Shown here: positions 39,331 through 48,250 of the stretch, piece by piece
Position numbering within the stretch: the first letter of the stretch is position 1
Layout: each line of letters starts with the position of its first letter
Sequence record: MK327935.1
Length of the DNA: 64,000 nt
Origin: Escherichia phage vB_EcoM_G2494
Direction: 5' to 3' (one strand)
The notes under the pieces: generated by a model
Seen by the model: only the letters and a program-made list of their open reading frames with translations
Database searches by the model: none
Told to the model about the DNA's origin: nothing
Program-made: the position numbers and the translations under genes

Positions 39331-39892
39331 CGTTAAATGACTTTTGGATCTCTTTCAGTTCAGCTACTTTATCGGCGCTGAATTTAGCGTAGGTATCATG
39401 TCGAATAATTTCACTTTCAAGAAAGGTTTCCAGCCGAGTTCTATTTTCAATAAGGAACTCTTTCAGGTCTTCCGCGTTCTTGATAAAGATTTTATTGTCG
39501 GTAATGTCATCTTCAATCGCAAAGGAGATAGAGCGAACTTTACCAAACAAGTTAATCAGATCTTCCAGAGATTCTTCTTTCTTAACTGGTTTCATTTCTT
39601 CAAACTGCTTTTTAGTGATACGTTTAAAGTATTTGCGCTCGTTTGCAGCAATCAGAACAGATGCACCTTCATACTCATGAGTTTCTACCAGATACACACG
39701 CCCCATCGCATCAACAGTTAGAACTTTAAAGCCGTTACAAAGCACGTCATACAAGAACTTATTATGTTGCGGACATCGTTTGATAAATTCCTCTGCGGAC
39801 TCAGCATTACGGAAAGTGTAATAACGACCTCGTTCAAAAACAGCATCAGTTGAAGACTTAGCCGGATACAATTTATACGTTTTCTGTACCAT
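39326..39892 (-). CDS. hypothetical protein, paralog family B
   Basis: Trimmed to MVQKTYKLY... with GAGGATTATATTATG context; ERKYFKRITK motif. Confidence 0.5.
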   Translation of the reverse strand: MVQKTYKLYPAKSSTDAVFERGRYYTFRNAESAEEFIKRCPQHNKFLYDVLCNGFKVLTVDAMGRVYLVETHEYEGASVLIAANERKYFKRITKKQFEEMKPVKKEESLEDLINLFGKVRSISFAIEDDITDNKIFIKNAEDLKEFLIENRTRLETFLESEIIRHDTYAKFSADKVAELKEIQKSFNA

Positions 39893-39906
39893 AATATAAT
39901 CCTCTA

Positions 39907-40179
39907 TCATTTCACTAATTGAACAGCACGAAACAGAATGCGGTCACACGGAAGAAGCATAAATTCCCAACGCGGATCAAAGTCTTTAGCGGTATATGTT
40001 TTCCCATCAACCGAGATTTCACTTACATAACCAATAGGTGACACTTTAAGAACAGTAAACCCATTCTTGATGACTTCGTAGGTATCTTTCAATCCTTCGT
40101 AGTCATCCTCTAGGAAGTCTTTACGTGCTTGCTCAGATTTAAAAACATAGGCCACACCAGCTTTAAACATCTTACGCAT
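39907..40179 (-). CDS. hypothetical protein, paralog family B-related
   Basis: Trimmed to MRKMFKAG... with AGGAG SD; the listed longer ORF would overlap its own promoter. Confidence 0.45.
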   Translation of the reverse strand: MRKMFKAGVAYVFKSEQARKDFLEDDYEGLKDTYEVIKNGFTVLKVSPIGYVSEISVDGKTYTAKDFDPRWEFMLLPCDRILFRAVQLVK

Positions 40180-40210
40180 TGTTGATTCTCCTTCTTGATT
40201 AGATGGGAGT

Positions 40211-40239
40211 ATTTTACTACTCCCATTTCTTATTGTCAA
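40211..40239 (-). promoter_or_regulatory. sigma70-type early promoter with dyad symmetry (PeSL-like)
   Basis: TTGACA - 17 nt - TAAAAT; inverted repeat ATGGGAGTA/TACTCCCAT around -10. Confidence 0.45.
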
Positions 40240-40242
40240 CTA

Positions 40243-40716
40243 CTATCTTAATCTTTGTATAAATTGTTTCTTATACTTCTTCGTGATTTCTTCTCGTGTA
40301 TCAGCGTCGCAGTAATCGAAACCTTCTGCGTCCATAATAGCAACCATCTCCGCGCGTGTCAAGCGTGAAAATCGTTTTACTTTATCAACAGCATATTGAG
40401 GATGTAAATGATTGTCGGTGTAGTCTCCTTTGATGTAATTAACATAGTTTGTAGCCCAAACAACGAAATCAGCACCTAAAGCACCAACACCAAACCGTTT
40501 AAAGTCTCCGGTCAACGATCCTTCTAGGCGGTTGCAACACGAATGAAGCAATCCCCTTACGCGGCCTTGCCCTTTCCCATCTAGATCGTGGTCGTGGTCA
40601 AGATGGTTTTTGCTCATATCCTCAAAAAGTGGCAATTGACAAAGGGGGCAAATGCCCCCCTGTTTTTCGAATAGTTCTTGTTTGTACTCTTTAGCACTCT
40701 TAGCAGTCAGTAACAT
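40243..40716 (-). CDS. 49: endonuclease VII (Holliday junction resolvase)
   Basis: Trimmed to MLLTAK...; NHLDHDHDL and VRGLL blocks match T4 gp49. Confidence 0.85.
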   Translation of the reverse strand: MLLTAKSAKEYKQELFEKQGGICPLCQLPLFEDMSKNHLDHDHDLDGKGQGRVRGLLHSCCNRLEGSLTGDFKRFGVGALGADFVVWATNYVNYIKGDYTDNHLHPQYAVDKVKRFSRLTRAEMVAIMDAEGFDYCDADTREEITKKYKKQFIQRLR

Positions 40717-40740
40717 AAATTCACCCTCCAAAGAAGGTAT

Positions 40741-41022
40741 TTAACCATTAATCTTGTTTTTGACTACAAAGGATCGGAACTCATCAAAACCACCGATATA
40801 ATCACCATCATAGAAAATCTGCGGCATGGTGGCAATAACTTCTACCCCTGCGCGATCCTGAATGTCGGCAATGATAGAATCAATCTTTACCGGACGACCG
40901 TTTTCGTCTACACCATCATTAACCGGAATGTAGATGTAAGGGATCTTACGCGATTCACAAAGGCGCTTTGCATTCTGGCAATACTTACAGTTGTAACCTT
41001 CAAAACCAAAAATTTCTACCAT
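40741..41022 (-). CDS. nrdC: thioredoxin/glutaredoxin-like protein
   Basis: Trimmed to MVEIFGF...; CKYCQNAKRL redox motif and MPQIF...GG.IGGFD block as in T4 NrdC. Confidence 0.75.
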   Translation of the reverse strand: MVEIFGFEGYNCKYCQNAKRLCESRKIPYIYIPVNDGVDENGRPVKIDSIIADIQDRAGVEVIATMPQIFYDGDYIGGFDEFRSFVVKNKING

Positions 41023-41030
41023 GTTATACC

Positions 41031-41843
41031 TCAATCTACGTTAGTTACATAAACTTCTTGCGTATCAGAAGACTTACCACCTGAACGATCTAGGCAATAG
41101 GTCTTATTCAACAGGACGCAGTTTAAATCATTCCGCTTGATAAAGTCAAGGAGATGATCATTTACCTTTCCCTTATGATGTGTGACATTACTGATACCAA
41201 ACTGAAAACCACGCGCCATAATCGATTCTACCCACTGATAGAATTTAATCTCTTCCTCGTCACTCCAGAACTTATTATATTCCGCAGAAGTGATAAGGTA
41301 CGGCGGGTCCAAATAAACGAAATCACCTGGCAAGATCTCGATCTCGTCATAACGACCAGACGTAAAACTGATTCGACCGTCTTTGTTTTCTTCCTTAAAA
41401 TTCAGGACACGCTCTACCGCGTTTTCGTTAAAAGTCCGTCGGCCAAAATTAGCATTAAATTCTCCCTTCCTGTTATGGCGGTTAATGTTGCTAAAACTGT
41501 GCTGAATCAGAACAAACAGAGATAGCGGATCTGGATTCTCATTATACTTCTTACGGAATGTCATGTAAGCGTCTTTATCATCACGAGACAAACCATTTTC
41601 GGCAATAATACGCTTGATCGTAGAAACCGGATCAGGACACTCGTCAATCGCTTTGTACGCGTCAATTAAGCGGTGATCATAGTCATTAGCCAGCACATCC
41701 CCTTCGACGTACAGAGACACGCTCAAGCCGCCACAGAAGGCATCAACAAAGCGGTTATAGTGCTTAGGGAAATACTTACTAACACCCGGCAATAACTTTT
41801 CCTTATTGCCAGTATAGGGAATTAAACCTAATGCTTTCTTCAT
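41031..41843 (-). CDS. dam: DNA adenine methyltransferase
   Basis: 270 aa; motif I FVDAFCGGLSVSL, motif IV DFVYLDPPYLIT, YNKFWSDEEE block as in T4 Dam. Confidence 0.9.
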   Translation of the reverse strand: MKKALGLIPYTGNKEKLLPGVSKYFPKHYNRFVDAFCGGLSVSLYVEGDVLANDYDHRLIDAYKAIDECPDPVSTIKRIIAENGLSRDDKDAYMTFRKKYNENPDPLSLFVLIQHSFSNINRHNRKGEFNANFGRRTFNENAVERVLNFKEENKDGRISFTSGRYDEIEILPGDFVYLDPPYLITSAEYNKFWSDEEEIKFYQWVESIMARGFQFGISNVTHHKGKVNDHLLDFIKRNDLNCVLLNKTYCLDRSGGKSSDTQEVYVTNVD

Positions 41844-42274
41844 TATCCCTTCCTCAAATAAGTTCGCTCAATCTCTACCAGTTCGAAAAATTCATCCCAA
41901 TCACACGGAAAGTTGCAGTTTCCAAAATGGTCCTCTTTGTAAAGTTCTTTACCGGATGGCAGCTTAATATCTGTTACGCTGTAGTATCCGCAACAATCGC
42001 AATCACCCTCTGTATATTCTGTTTTAGTAGGAATATCCATCATTGCCAGATACAAAGGTACATCGTCTTGCTCAAAGTTCATGTAACCTTCATGGTCGAA
42101 TGAAACAAAGTTATCATCGCCACCGAAAGGGATATAATGGTCATAATCGGTTACAGGTTGACCGTGTAATTCCCATTCTACAATTTTAACATTACCGCTA
42201 AACTTGATACCCATAATTTCAACAAGAAAATGAGTATCGTCAATGTAAATCTTACTAGGGGTTGGATAAACCAT
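41843..42274 (-). CDS. hypothetical protein
   Basis: 143-aa ORF; conserved GAGGATTATATAATG-type start context. Confidence 0.45.
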   Translation of the reverse strand: MVYPTPSKIYIDDTHFLVEIMGIKFSGNVKIVEWELHGQPVTDYDHYIPFGGDDNFVSFDHEGYMNFEQDDVPLYLAMMDIPTKTEYTEGDCDCCGYYSVTDIKLPSGKELYKEDHFGNCNFPCDWDEFFELVEIERTYLRKG

Positions 42275-42284
42275 TATATAATCC

Positions 42285-42581
42285 TCATATCTCAGAGAAT
42301 AGAATCTCTGTTAGCTTCACTGACTGCTCTCTGAATGTTAGCGTATACTCGAAAGGAAAGTCAACGCCTAATTTCAGAAGAGAATAGCCTACCGCCTCTT
42401 TATGCTTATCGGTTAGGGCGATCCTAACCAATTCCCGTTGAATCTCTTTAGGCGGTGAATGGATAGTAACACGGGTATCATGCAATGTCCAGTCACCATT
42501 TCGAATTAAGATTAACGGTTTATCATCATTGAAGATCACCGACCCCTTTCCGGTCGGTGAGTGTTTTATACTAATCATCAA
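42285..42581 (-). CDS. hypothetical protein
   Basis: 98-aa ORF. Confidence 0.4.
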   Translation of the reverse strand: MMISIKHSPTGKGSVIFNDDKPLILIRNGDWTLHDTRVTIHSPPKEIQRELVRIALTDKHKEAVGYSLLKLGVDFPFEYTLTFREQSVKLTEILFSEI

Positions 42582-42792
42582 ATTCTAAGAAATATTCTGG
42601 AACGATATAACCGTTAAAGTCATTACACTTATAAAAATGTGGTGCATTTAATGCTGGATGAGCATTAGTAAAGAGTTTACCCTCTAGAAACAGAATGTAA
42701 TTAATAGGTCTAATACCTACAGAATCAGGGTCTAAACCTTTTTCTTTCAGTTCAGCCAGCGTTAAAACTCGTCCAGATCGTAACTTAGCCAT
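42571..42792 (-). CDS. hypothetical protein
   Basis: 73-aa ORF. Confidence 0.4.
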   Translation of the reverse strand: MAKLRSGRVLTLAELKEKGLDPDSVGIRPINYILFLEGKLFTNAHPALNAPHFYKCNDFNGYIVPEYFLEFDD

Positions 42793-43078
42793 GATTTACC
42801 CCTAATTCATCAAGATTATGTCGCAGCATTTCAGAGTATTTTTCTACTTCCTTGATCTTAGTGTGGATCTCCACGATCTCATCTTCACTATCAGATAGTT
42901 TAATGGCAATCGCGAGCGTGCTTTTACCAGCTTTCATAGTCTCTTTCCGTTCAACCAATAGATCCGCGTGTTTCAATAGCAATTCTTCACGTCGAACATA
43001 AGCGACGGTCAAAGCCTCATCAGCGATTTCTAAAGCATTTTCAGCGACACCAACAACCATTTTACGAGTAGACAGCAT
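42785..43078 (-). CDS. hypothetical protein
   Basis: 97-aa ORF. Confidence 0.4.
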   Translation of the reverse strand: MLSTRKMVVGVAENALEIADEALTVAYVRREELLLKHADLLVERKETMKAGKSTLAIAIKLSDSEDEIVEIHTKIKEVEKYSEMLRHNLDELGVNHG

Positions 43079-43092
43079 AAATTCACCTCACA

Positions 43093-43401
43093 TTATTTCA
43101 CGTTAACGCCGTTATCAATCCAGCCGACGCTATTTGGTTTAACAGTTTTACCATAGGATGCATACTTAATCAAGCATGGTTTAACATCATTATCAAATCT
43201 TCCTAAACGTACTCCCAAATCAGGAATATCCATGTATGCGGCTTTATATCCCCATGTACCGTATTCAGAATCAATCTCAACCGGACGGCCTTTAAAAGCA
43301 TACACTACACCGTGACGGTCAACGATAACATAGCGATAGCCAGCCGGAAGATACACAGTTTCGCCGTAAACTTTAACTGGAGTAGCAGAAGAGATAAACA
43401 T
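43093..43401 (-). CDS. hypothetical protein
   Basis: Trimmed to MFISSATPV... with GAGGATTATATTATG context. Confidence 0.45.
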   Translation of the reverse strand: MFISSATPVKVYGETVYLPAGYRYVIVDRHGVVYAFKGRPVEIDSEYGTWGYKAAYMDIPDLGVRLGRFDNDVKPCLIKYASYGKTVKPNSVGWIDNGVNVK

Positions 43402-43435
43402 AATATAATCCTCACATCGTTCATTTGATGCGGTC

Positions 43436-43464
43436 ATTATATGATAACCGCATTTTCATGTCAA
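43436..43464 (-). promoter_or_regulatory. sigma70-type early promoter (PeSL-like)
   Basis: TTGACA - 17 nt - TATAAT; inverted repeat ATGCGGT/ACCGCAT spanning spacer and -10. Confidence 0.5.
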
Positions 43465-43470
43465 CAGTTT

Positions 43471-43809
43471 TTAAAAATCTTCTTCCGGTTTATATCGACC
43501 GTCATCGACTGGTTTTGGACTGAATCCTTTATGCGTGCGCGGCTTCGCTTCCGGTTTACCAGCAATCATCAAACCAAAACATTTCAGCCCCTTATAACAC
43601 ATAACAATATCAACCACGGTCCACGTTATAGGCCATACGATTGCAGCAATACAAAATGCTCCTATATCGACCTCTTTGGTGTCCTTGTCGAATCTGGCGT
43701 ACAAGCAGAATACTAGATACGAGATCATTGCACCAGTAGTCCAGATATAAAGCACATTAACAATATCTTGTGTTGTCACATTATCCTCCTTACATGTCTT
43801 GTAGTGCAT
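43471..43809 (-). CDS. hypothetical membrane protein
   Basis: Hydrophobic segments; start uncertain (listed ORF overlaps upstream gene by ~100 nt). Confidence 0.35.
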   Translation of the reverse strand: MHYKTCKEDNVTTQDIVNVLYIWTTGAMISYLVFCLYARFDKDTKEVDIGAFCIAAIVWPITWTVVDIVMCYKGLKCFGLMIAGKPEAKPRTHKGFSPKPVDDGRYKPEEDF

Positions 43810-44068
43810 AAAAGCATTTTTCTTCATAGTCATAGAAAATGTCAAAGTATGCTTTTTCCACATACTCGCCATTAATCCAAGCGGTAGTAACAATCAGAGT
43901 GGTCCAGTTAGATCCGCTCTCAACGGTAAAGGTTTTAATACCCAGCTTCGCTGCCAAGTCGAACGCAAACCGGACGCAACCACGGCAGGAAGTGATATTG
44001 GAAGTTTTGATTTTAAAGCCACCGCGAGTTTTAGAAATTTCTACTTTAGCGAAAGACAGGTTGCTCAT
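43790..44068 (-). CDS. hypothetical protein
   Basis: Trimmed to MSNLSFAKVE... preceded by conserved leader ...AGGAGAATCAAA-ATG; related to ORF 46449..46670. Confidence 0.5.
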   Translation of the reverse strand: MSNLSFAKVEISKTRGGFKIKTSNITSCRGCVRFAFDLAAKLGIKTFTVESGSNWTTLIVTTAWINGEYVEKAYFDIFYDYEEKCFYALQDM

Positions 44069-44104
44069 TTTGATTCTCCTTAAGAAAGTGTGTTTCGTTT
44101 TGAT

Positions 44105-44140
44105 GTGTGTAGTATAAGGGATCACCGATCCCCTGTCAAC
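44105..44140 (-). promoter_or_regulatory. sigma70-type early promoter with spacer stem-loop (PeSL-like)
   Basis: TTGACA - 17 nt - TATACT; spacer contains GGGGATC/GATCCCC inverted repeat. Confidence 0.45.
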
Positions 44141-44148
44141 AACTTTTT

Positions 44149-44478
44149 TTATGATTTTAGTGAATTAACCACTACATCAAAATGATGTACAGAGCACACC
44201 TTACGAAACACATATTCATCATGTTTCGGAATCGCCCCCAACCGCTTTATTTCGCTCGCCGACACGATAAACCGTTTATCAGGTGCATTTACCTTATATG
44301 CTTCAACAACGCACGGAAAACGCGTTTTAGAGAGTTCGGGATAGTTTTCTGACTCCATCAGGACAATGAATACCCTATTACATTGATTGTAGAATCCGGT
44401 TTTTGATTTCATCAAGTTTTCTTCTCTGTGAAATTCGTGCAATCTTCCTTTCATGATTTCGTTGGTTCTTGTCTTCAC
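44149..44478 (-). CDS. hypothetical protein
   Basis: 109-aa ORF; overlaps upstream ORF by ~100 nt, true start probably internal. Confidence 0.4.
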   Translation of the reverse strand: MKTRTNEIMKGRLHEFHREENLMKSKTGFYNQCNRVFIVLMESENYPELSKTRFPCVVEAYKVNAPDKRFIVSASEIKRLGAIPKHDEYVFRKVCSVHHFDVVVNSLKS

Positions 44479-44719
44479 AGTTTACCCACTCAACAAGGTC
44501 TTTACCTAACTCGAAAGCCCATTCTCGGTCCTGCTTTACGTTTTGTAGGTATGGACTTTCTGACACTCGACGCAGTGATCTTGTCGTAACAAGAATGATC
44601 CCAGGAATGTTCGGATGTTCCTTTCCATATACAATAGGACGCGAGTCACTATCAATACCTTGTAAGAAGGTGTATCCTGAATCACTTAGAATCATATACT
44701 TTTTCATTTCGTTCATCAC
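44378..44719 (-). CDS. hypothetical protein, paralog of 44716..44973
   Basis: 113 aa; shares D-x-Y-x-FL-x-G ... LVTT-x-LR pattern with neighbour. Confidence 0.4.
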   Translation of the reverse strand: MMNEMKKYMILSDSGYTFLQGIDSDSRPIVYGKEHPNIPGIILVTTRSLRRVSESPYLQNVKQDREWAFELGKDLVEWVNCEDKNQRNHERKIARISQRRKLDEIKNRILQSM

Positions 44720-44973
44720 AGTTTCCTCAACCAGTTATTCAAGCGAGTAAACCATGACGATTTTCGTGCTTTTTCTGTTTTACGGGCAAATCTATCCAAG
44801 AAACACCATTCATAATCATCATTGTAAATTCCCTCAAAGGAAGCTCCAGCTTTGCGTAATTCTTTGGTTGTTACCAAGAAACTATCATAGAATGGAGTTC
44901 CTCGAACAATGATCGGAAGTTTAACACCTTTCAAGAAAGAATAATCGGCATCATTAATAATTTCAATTTTCAT
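44716..44973 (-). CDS. hypothetical protein, paralog of 44378..44719
   Basis: 85-aa ORF. Confidence 0.45.
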   Translation of the reverse strand: MKIEIINDADYSFLKGVKLPIIVRGTPFYDSFLVTTKELRKAGASFEGIYNDDYEWCFLDRFARKTEKARKSSWFTRLNNWLRKL

Positions 44974-45218
44974 TTTACATTATCTCCATAGATCTTTCCA
45001 TCAATATCAATTTCACCAGCGCGAACATCTAGGATAAGATGCGGTAGGTGTATGCAGTTTTCCCACCCTACGCGCTTCATTTCTGAAACAGTGACGTAAG
45101 CCCACCCGTTCGCTGTAATAAAGTCTACTTCAACCTTGAGAGGAAAGCAAGACTTTTCTATGTCTTCGAATCCGATAATGTGTTTTGTCGTTGAATATGG
45201 AATATATCCGATGATCAT
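44970..45218 (-). CDS. hypothetical protein
   Basis: 82-aa ORF. Confidence 0.4.
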   Translation of the reverse strand: MIIGYIPYSTTKHIIGFEDIEKSCFPLKVEVDFITANGWAYVTVSEMKRVGWENCIHLPHLILDVRAGEIDIDGKIYGDNVK

Positions 45219-45649
45219 TTTGTGATCTCCTTATACTCAACACACCATAAGCGGGTAGCCCATGATAAACGCTCATAACGCTGACAGAAATCGGACCATA
45301 GATATTGTGTACCGTTCGGCATAGTTGAAATATGCGTTTTCTCTCCAACTTTCACGAAAGAAGTATTCGATTTTGTGATCTCGACCGGAGTATATCCGAA
45401 AGCGGGTTCCAAGCCAACATCTGAACTAAATGCTAATTTAACAGAATTTGTTTTTCTGACCGCTGTCCGGTTTCCTTCTGGGTATAGCACAGCAGGTTTA
45501 GCGCCTAAGCGGATAAACTCAGTGTTTTTAATAAACAGAATATCATGATAACCGTCATATTCCGACACTTCCATAGTAACAGGAAAATCGACATGTTTTA
45601 AACCTGGTGGATCTCGCATATCATGAAATGTAGCCATCAACTTTTTCAT
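45215..45649 (-). CDS. hypothetical protein, paralog pair C
   Basis: 144 aa; C-terminal block ITKSNTSFVKVGEKTHISTM...QYLWSDFC...LSWA shared with next ORF. Confidence 0.45.
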   Translation of the reverse strand: MKKLMATFHDMRDPPGLKHVDFPVTMEVSEYDGYHDILFIKNTEFIRLGAKPAVLYPEGNRTAVRKTNSVKLAFSSDVGLEPAFGYTPVEITKSNTSFVKVGEKTHISTMPNGTQYLWSDFCQRYERLSWATRLWCVEYKEITK

Positions 45650-45659
45650 TCTATATTCC

Positions 45660-45905
45660 TCACTCTTCTGTAATTACTTCATATTCAATTTTCCATACAT
45701 CAATCGCCCAGCTTAAAAGCTCATACGATTTACAGAAAGATGACCAAATATACTGTTTTCCGTGCATCGTTGTTATGTGTGTATGCTCACCAACTTCAAC
45801 GAAAGACATATTTGACTTTGTGATAACTATAGGAATGCGACCGAAAGGTGGCGGTATTACTGATTCGTTGGTCTTCATTCTATATTCCTCACTCTTCTGT
45901 TTCAT
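45660..45905 (-). CDS. hypothetical protein, paralog pair C
   Basis: 81 aa; ITKSNMSFVEVGEHTHITTM...QYIWSSFC...LSWA. Confidence 0.45.
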   Translation of the reverse strand: MKQKSEEYRMKTNESVIPPPFGRIPIVITKSNMSFVEVGEHTHITTMHGKQYIWSSFCKSYELLSWAIDVWKIEYEVITEE

Positions 45906-46086
45906 TTCTTTTATATGGTACTATAACAGGATTAATACAGCAAGCACCAATTACGTTATGAGCACCACAATTTAAGCATTTATAATCATGGAACTTATTA
46001 AGGAATCGCCCGAACTCATAACCGACTAACGCCGCGTGTACTTGAGTCTCGATCTCATCCATGTCAGCCAATGTTTTAACCTTCAT
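45889..46086 (-). CDS. hypothetical protein
   Basis: Trimmed to MKVKTLADM... with GAGGATTATATTATG context; CxxC...C cluster. Confidence 0.4.
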   Translation of the reverse strand: MKVKTLADMDEIETQVHAALVGYEFGRFLNKFHDYKCLNCGAHNVIGACCINPVIVPYKRNETEE

Positions 46087-46096
46087 AATATAATCC

Positions 46097-46387
46097 TCAA
46101 ATACTGGTTTTGCGAAGATGGTCATTACATGCTTTTAATGCATCAGTCGAGGTGTCATAGCGAGTATTATCATAGCACCAATAACCATCTGTCAACTGAT
46201 AAATTAATCCATCCTTTTTAGCGTCGATGAAAGACAATTCTTTGAAAGTTTCTACTTTCTTTGCTGATACTCCACGGTCACGGCGTTTATAGAGTTTAGC
46301 TAAAACGCGTTCAGCTTGTTCCTCTTTATCGCCAGACAGATCCCAGATGACGTTTCTGATATGCTTGATTAATTGTTCAGTGGTCAT
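46097..46387 (-). CDS. hypothetical protein
   Basis: 96-aa ORF. Confidence 0.45.
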   Translation of the reverse strand: MTTEQLIKHIRNVIWDLSGDKEEQAERVLAKLYKRRDRGVSAKKVETFKELSFIDAKKDGLIYQLTDGYWCYDNTRYDTSTDALKACNDHLRKTSI

Positions 46388-46414
46388 ATTTGATTCTCCT
46401 TAGTTGGTATGGTT

Positions 46415-46446
46415 ATCATTATACGGGGATTTCTCACCGTGTCAAC
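46415..46446 (-). promoter_or_regulatory. sigma70-type early promoter
   Basis: TTGACA - 16 nt - TATAAT upstream of ORF 46097..46387. Confidence 0.5.
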
Positions 46447-46448
46447 AA

Positions 46449-46670
46449 TTAAATGATCTCTGCTTCACCGTTAAGGAAGAAGGACCATGTTTTGTTAGGA
46501 TAACGAAGCGCCCATGATTCAGCAGTTTTAACACCAGCTTCGAACAATTGACGGCTGGTTACTTTAGCCATACCATCTTCGATGGCAACGTTTTCAATAA
46601 TCATCGGGTACTTAGCGCCACGCATGAAACCGAAGCCAGCGGAAGATTTGATGATTTTAACAGTTGCCAT
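46449..46670 (-). CDS. hypothetical protein
   Basis: Trimmed to MATVKIIKSS... preceded by conserved leader ...AGGAGAATCAAAA-ATG. Confidence 0.5.
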   Translation of the reverse strand: MATVKIIKSSAGFGFMRGAKYPMIIENVAIEDGMAKVTSRQLFEAGVKTAESWALRYPNKTWSFFLNGEAEII

Positions 46671-46706
46671 TTTTGATTCTCCTAGAAAGTGTCGTGTTTC
46701 GATGGG

Positions 46707-46739
46707 TGTATTATGCAATAACACCGGATAGCTGTCAAC
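46707..46739 (-). promoter_or_regulatory. sigma70-type early promoter with conserved leader
   Basis: TTGACA - 17 nt - CATAAT followed by leader ACACCCATCGAAACACGACAC. Confidence 0.5.
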
Positions 46740-46756
46740 ACTTTCTAAGAAAAATT

Positions 46757-47041
46757 TTAAATTAATCGAATATAACCAAGAATTTCAGCGCCTTTAGCCA
46801 GTCCTAAAACTTCCCATTCAAGGTCGCCGTAGTCATAATTTGCAACCATCAACTGACCATTTTTCATGCAGCAATCATGAGAGAAAATTTGCCCCGCATA
46901 AACTACGATAGTAATAAACTTTCCTGATTCTGGCGGTGTGGAAGACAAAGCGACCATATGACCATTCAGCTTAGTAACCAGTGATGGAACAATAAAATTC
47001 GGGCTTACCTTAATACCGTTAAATTCGTTTGTGTCTTTCAT
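46757..47041 (-). CDS. hypothetical protein
   Basis: 94-aa ORF. Confidence 0.45.
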   Translation of the reverse strand: MKDTNEFNGIKVSPNFIVPSLVTKLNGHMVALSSTPPESGKFITIVVYAGQIFSHDCCMKNGQLMVANYDYGDLEWEVLGLAKGAEILGYIRLI

Positions 47042-47388
47042 GCCAGACCTCGCAAAACACTAATAGCATAATCATGCTGGTTATTCATAATATCAATTGC
47101 ATTGTGATAACGAGCTAAACCATCAAGGATAAATTCTTGTTTATCCTGTTTCAGTTTGGTATCACGCGCAGCCATAAGAGCATCAAGAACAGGTCCAAAG
47201 TGATTATCTAATTCATCTTCGGTTGCAATGTTTCCTATTGCCTCGTCGATCCGTGATTCTAATGCTTGCTTTTCGTTGATCACTTGCTGGGTATATTCCA
47301 ACACATCAAGAATATCGCGGGTAACGTCGCCATGATAAGGTATTCCCGCATGAAGATGATCAATTAATCGCTGAATATCAATGTTCAT
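47038..47388 (-). CDS. hypothetical protein
   Basis: 116-aa ORF. Confidence 0.45.
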   Translation of the reverse strand: MNIDIQRLIDHLHAGIPYHGDVTRDILDVLEYTQQVINEKQALESRIDEAIGNIATEDELDNHFGPVLDALMAARDTKLKQDKQEFILDGLARYHNAIDIMNNQHDYAISVLRGLA

Positions 47389-47723
47389 TTGTAACCCTCC
47401 TCTGAAAGCACATCCCAGATCGTTGAGTCAAGGTGCATTAAATTCCACATAATAGAGTCATAACTACCGAAGCCAGAAGTAAAAATTACATCACACTGGC
47501 GATATGTCTTATGAAAATCGGTGGCTGTCTCTGCATCAATCGGCATATCGTCACCTGAAAGCACCAGACATTTAAGAATCATAACTCTGTTAGCCGTTGG
47601 CGCTTGCTTAGTCTTTTCAGCATATTTTTCGATGATCCGTTTTGCCTTTTCTTCTTTGATACGTCCAGACCAAATCCGGTTTCGGTATTGATTCATAATA
47701 ATTTCAATCACATCATTTTGCAT
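47385..47723 (-). CDS. hypothetical protein
   Basis: 112-aa ORF. Confidence 0.45.
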   Translation of the reverse strand: MQNDVIEIIMNQYRNRIWSGRIKEEKAKRIIEKYAEKTKQAPTANRVMILKCLVLSGDDMPIDAETATDFHKTYRQCDVIFTSGFGSYDSIMWNLMHLDSTIWDVLSEEGYK

Positions 47724-47922
47724 TCTTCACGGTCTCCATAATTGTTTTGTAAGCCAGCTTAAGATGATCACCGAAAAACTTTGCAGTGTTACCCTTCGGA
47801 TCACGGAGCATGGTTTCTACGATCTCATCGGCAGTAACAATTTCTCCTTTCTTTGCTGCATGTTCTACCATATACTTCAAAGTTTCTTCGGAAGCAAGTG
47901 CTGCGGCTACTGGATTAATCAT
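47713..47922 (-). CDS. hypothetical protein
   Basis: 69-aa ORF. Confidence 0.4.
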   Translation of the reverse strand: MINPVAAALASEETLKYMVEHAAKKGEIVTADEIVETMLRDPKGNTAKFFGDHLKLAYKTIMETVKNAK

Positions 47923-47950
47923 TTTGGTTCTCCTTTGTTGTCGATGTGTG

Positions 47951-47981
47951 CATTATGCTATACCATATTCCGGTTGTCAAC
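47951..47981 (-). promoter_or_regulatory. sigma70-type early promoter
   Basis: TTGACA - 17 nt - CATAAT immediately downstream of terminator hairpin. Confidence 0.5.
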
Positions 47982-47985
47982 ACCT

Positions 47986-48020
47986 AAAAACGAAAAAGCC
48001 ACCCTTTCGGATGGCTTTTT
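47986..48020. terminator. intrinsic terminator (hairpin flanked by A-run and T-run)
   Basis: GCCACC...GGATGGC hairpin with T-run on both strands; ends the ~260 nt ORF-free 3' region after ORF 48251..48649. Confidence 0.5.
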
Positions 48021-48250
48021 GATTATATTTTATTCACGTCCATTTGTATAGTAGTGTTTGAATCGACCTTTGCTAAACTCGTTAAACATAGTAACCAATT
48101 CACCATCCCTTTCCAATGATAAACCTTCCTCGTCTTAGACGGGTCTTCCGATTAGGTAGTAATTGAACACGCGAAAGTATGAGGAAGCCAAATAGTTGTG
48201 TTAATGCTAGTATTCTTTTACTTCTGGTATGTATCCCACAGTGACTAACA

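Noticed and set aside
47990-48250. tRNA gene in the ORF-free tract
   Set aside because: No GTTCRA T-loop box with flanking 5-bp stems and no cloverleaf could be drawn; this part of the T4 map is not where the tRNA cluster lies.
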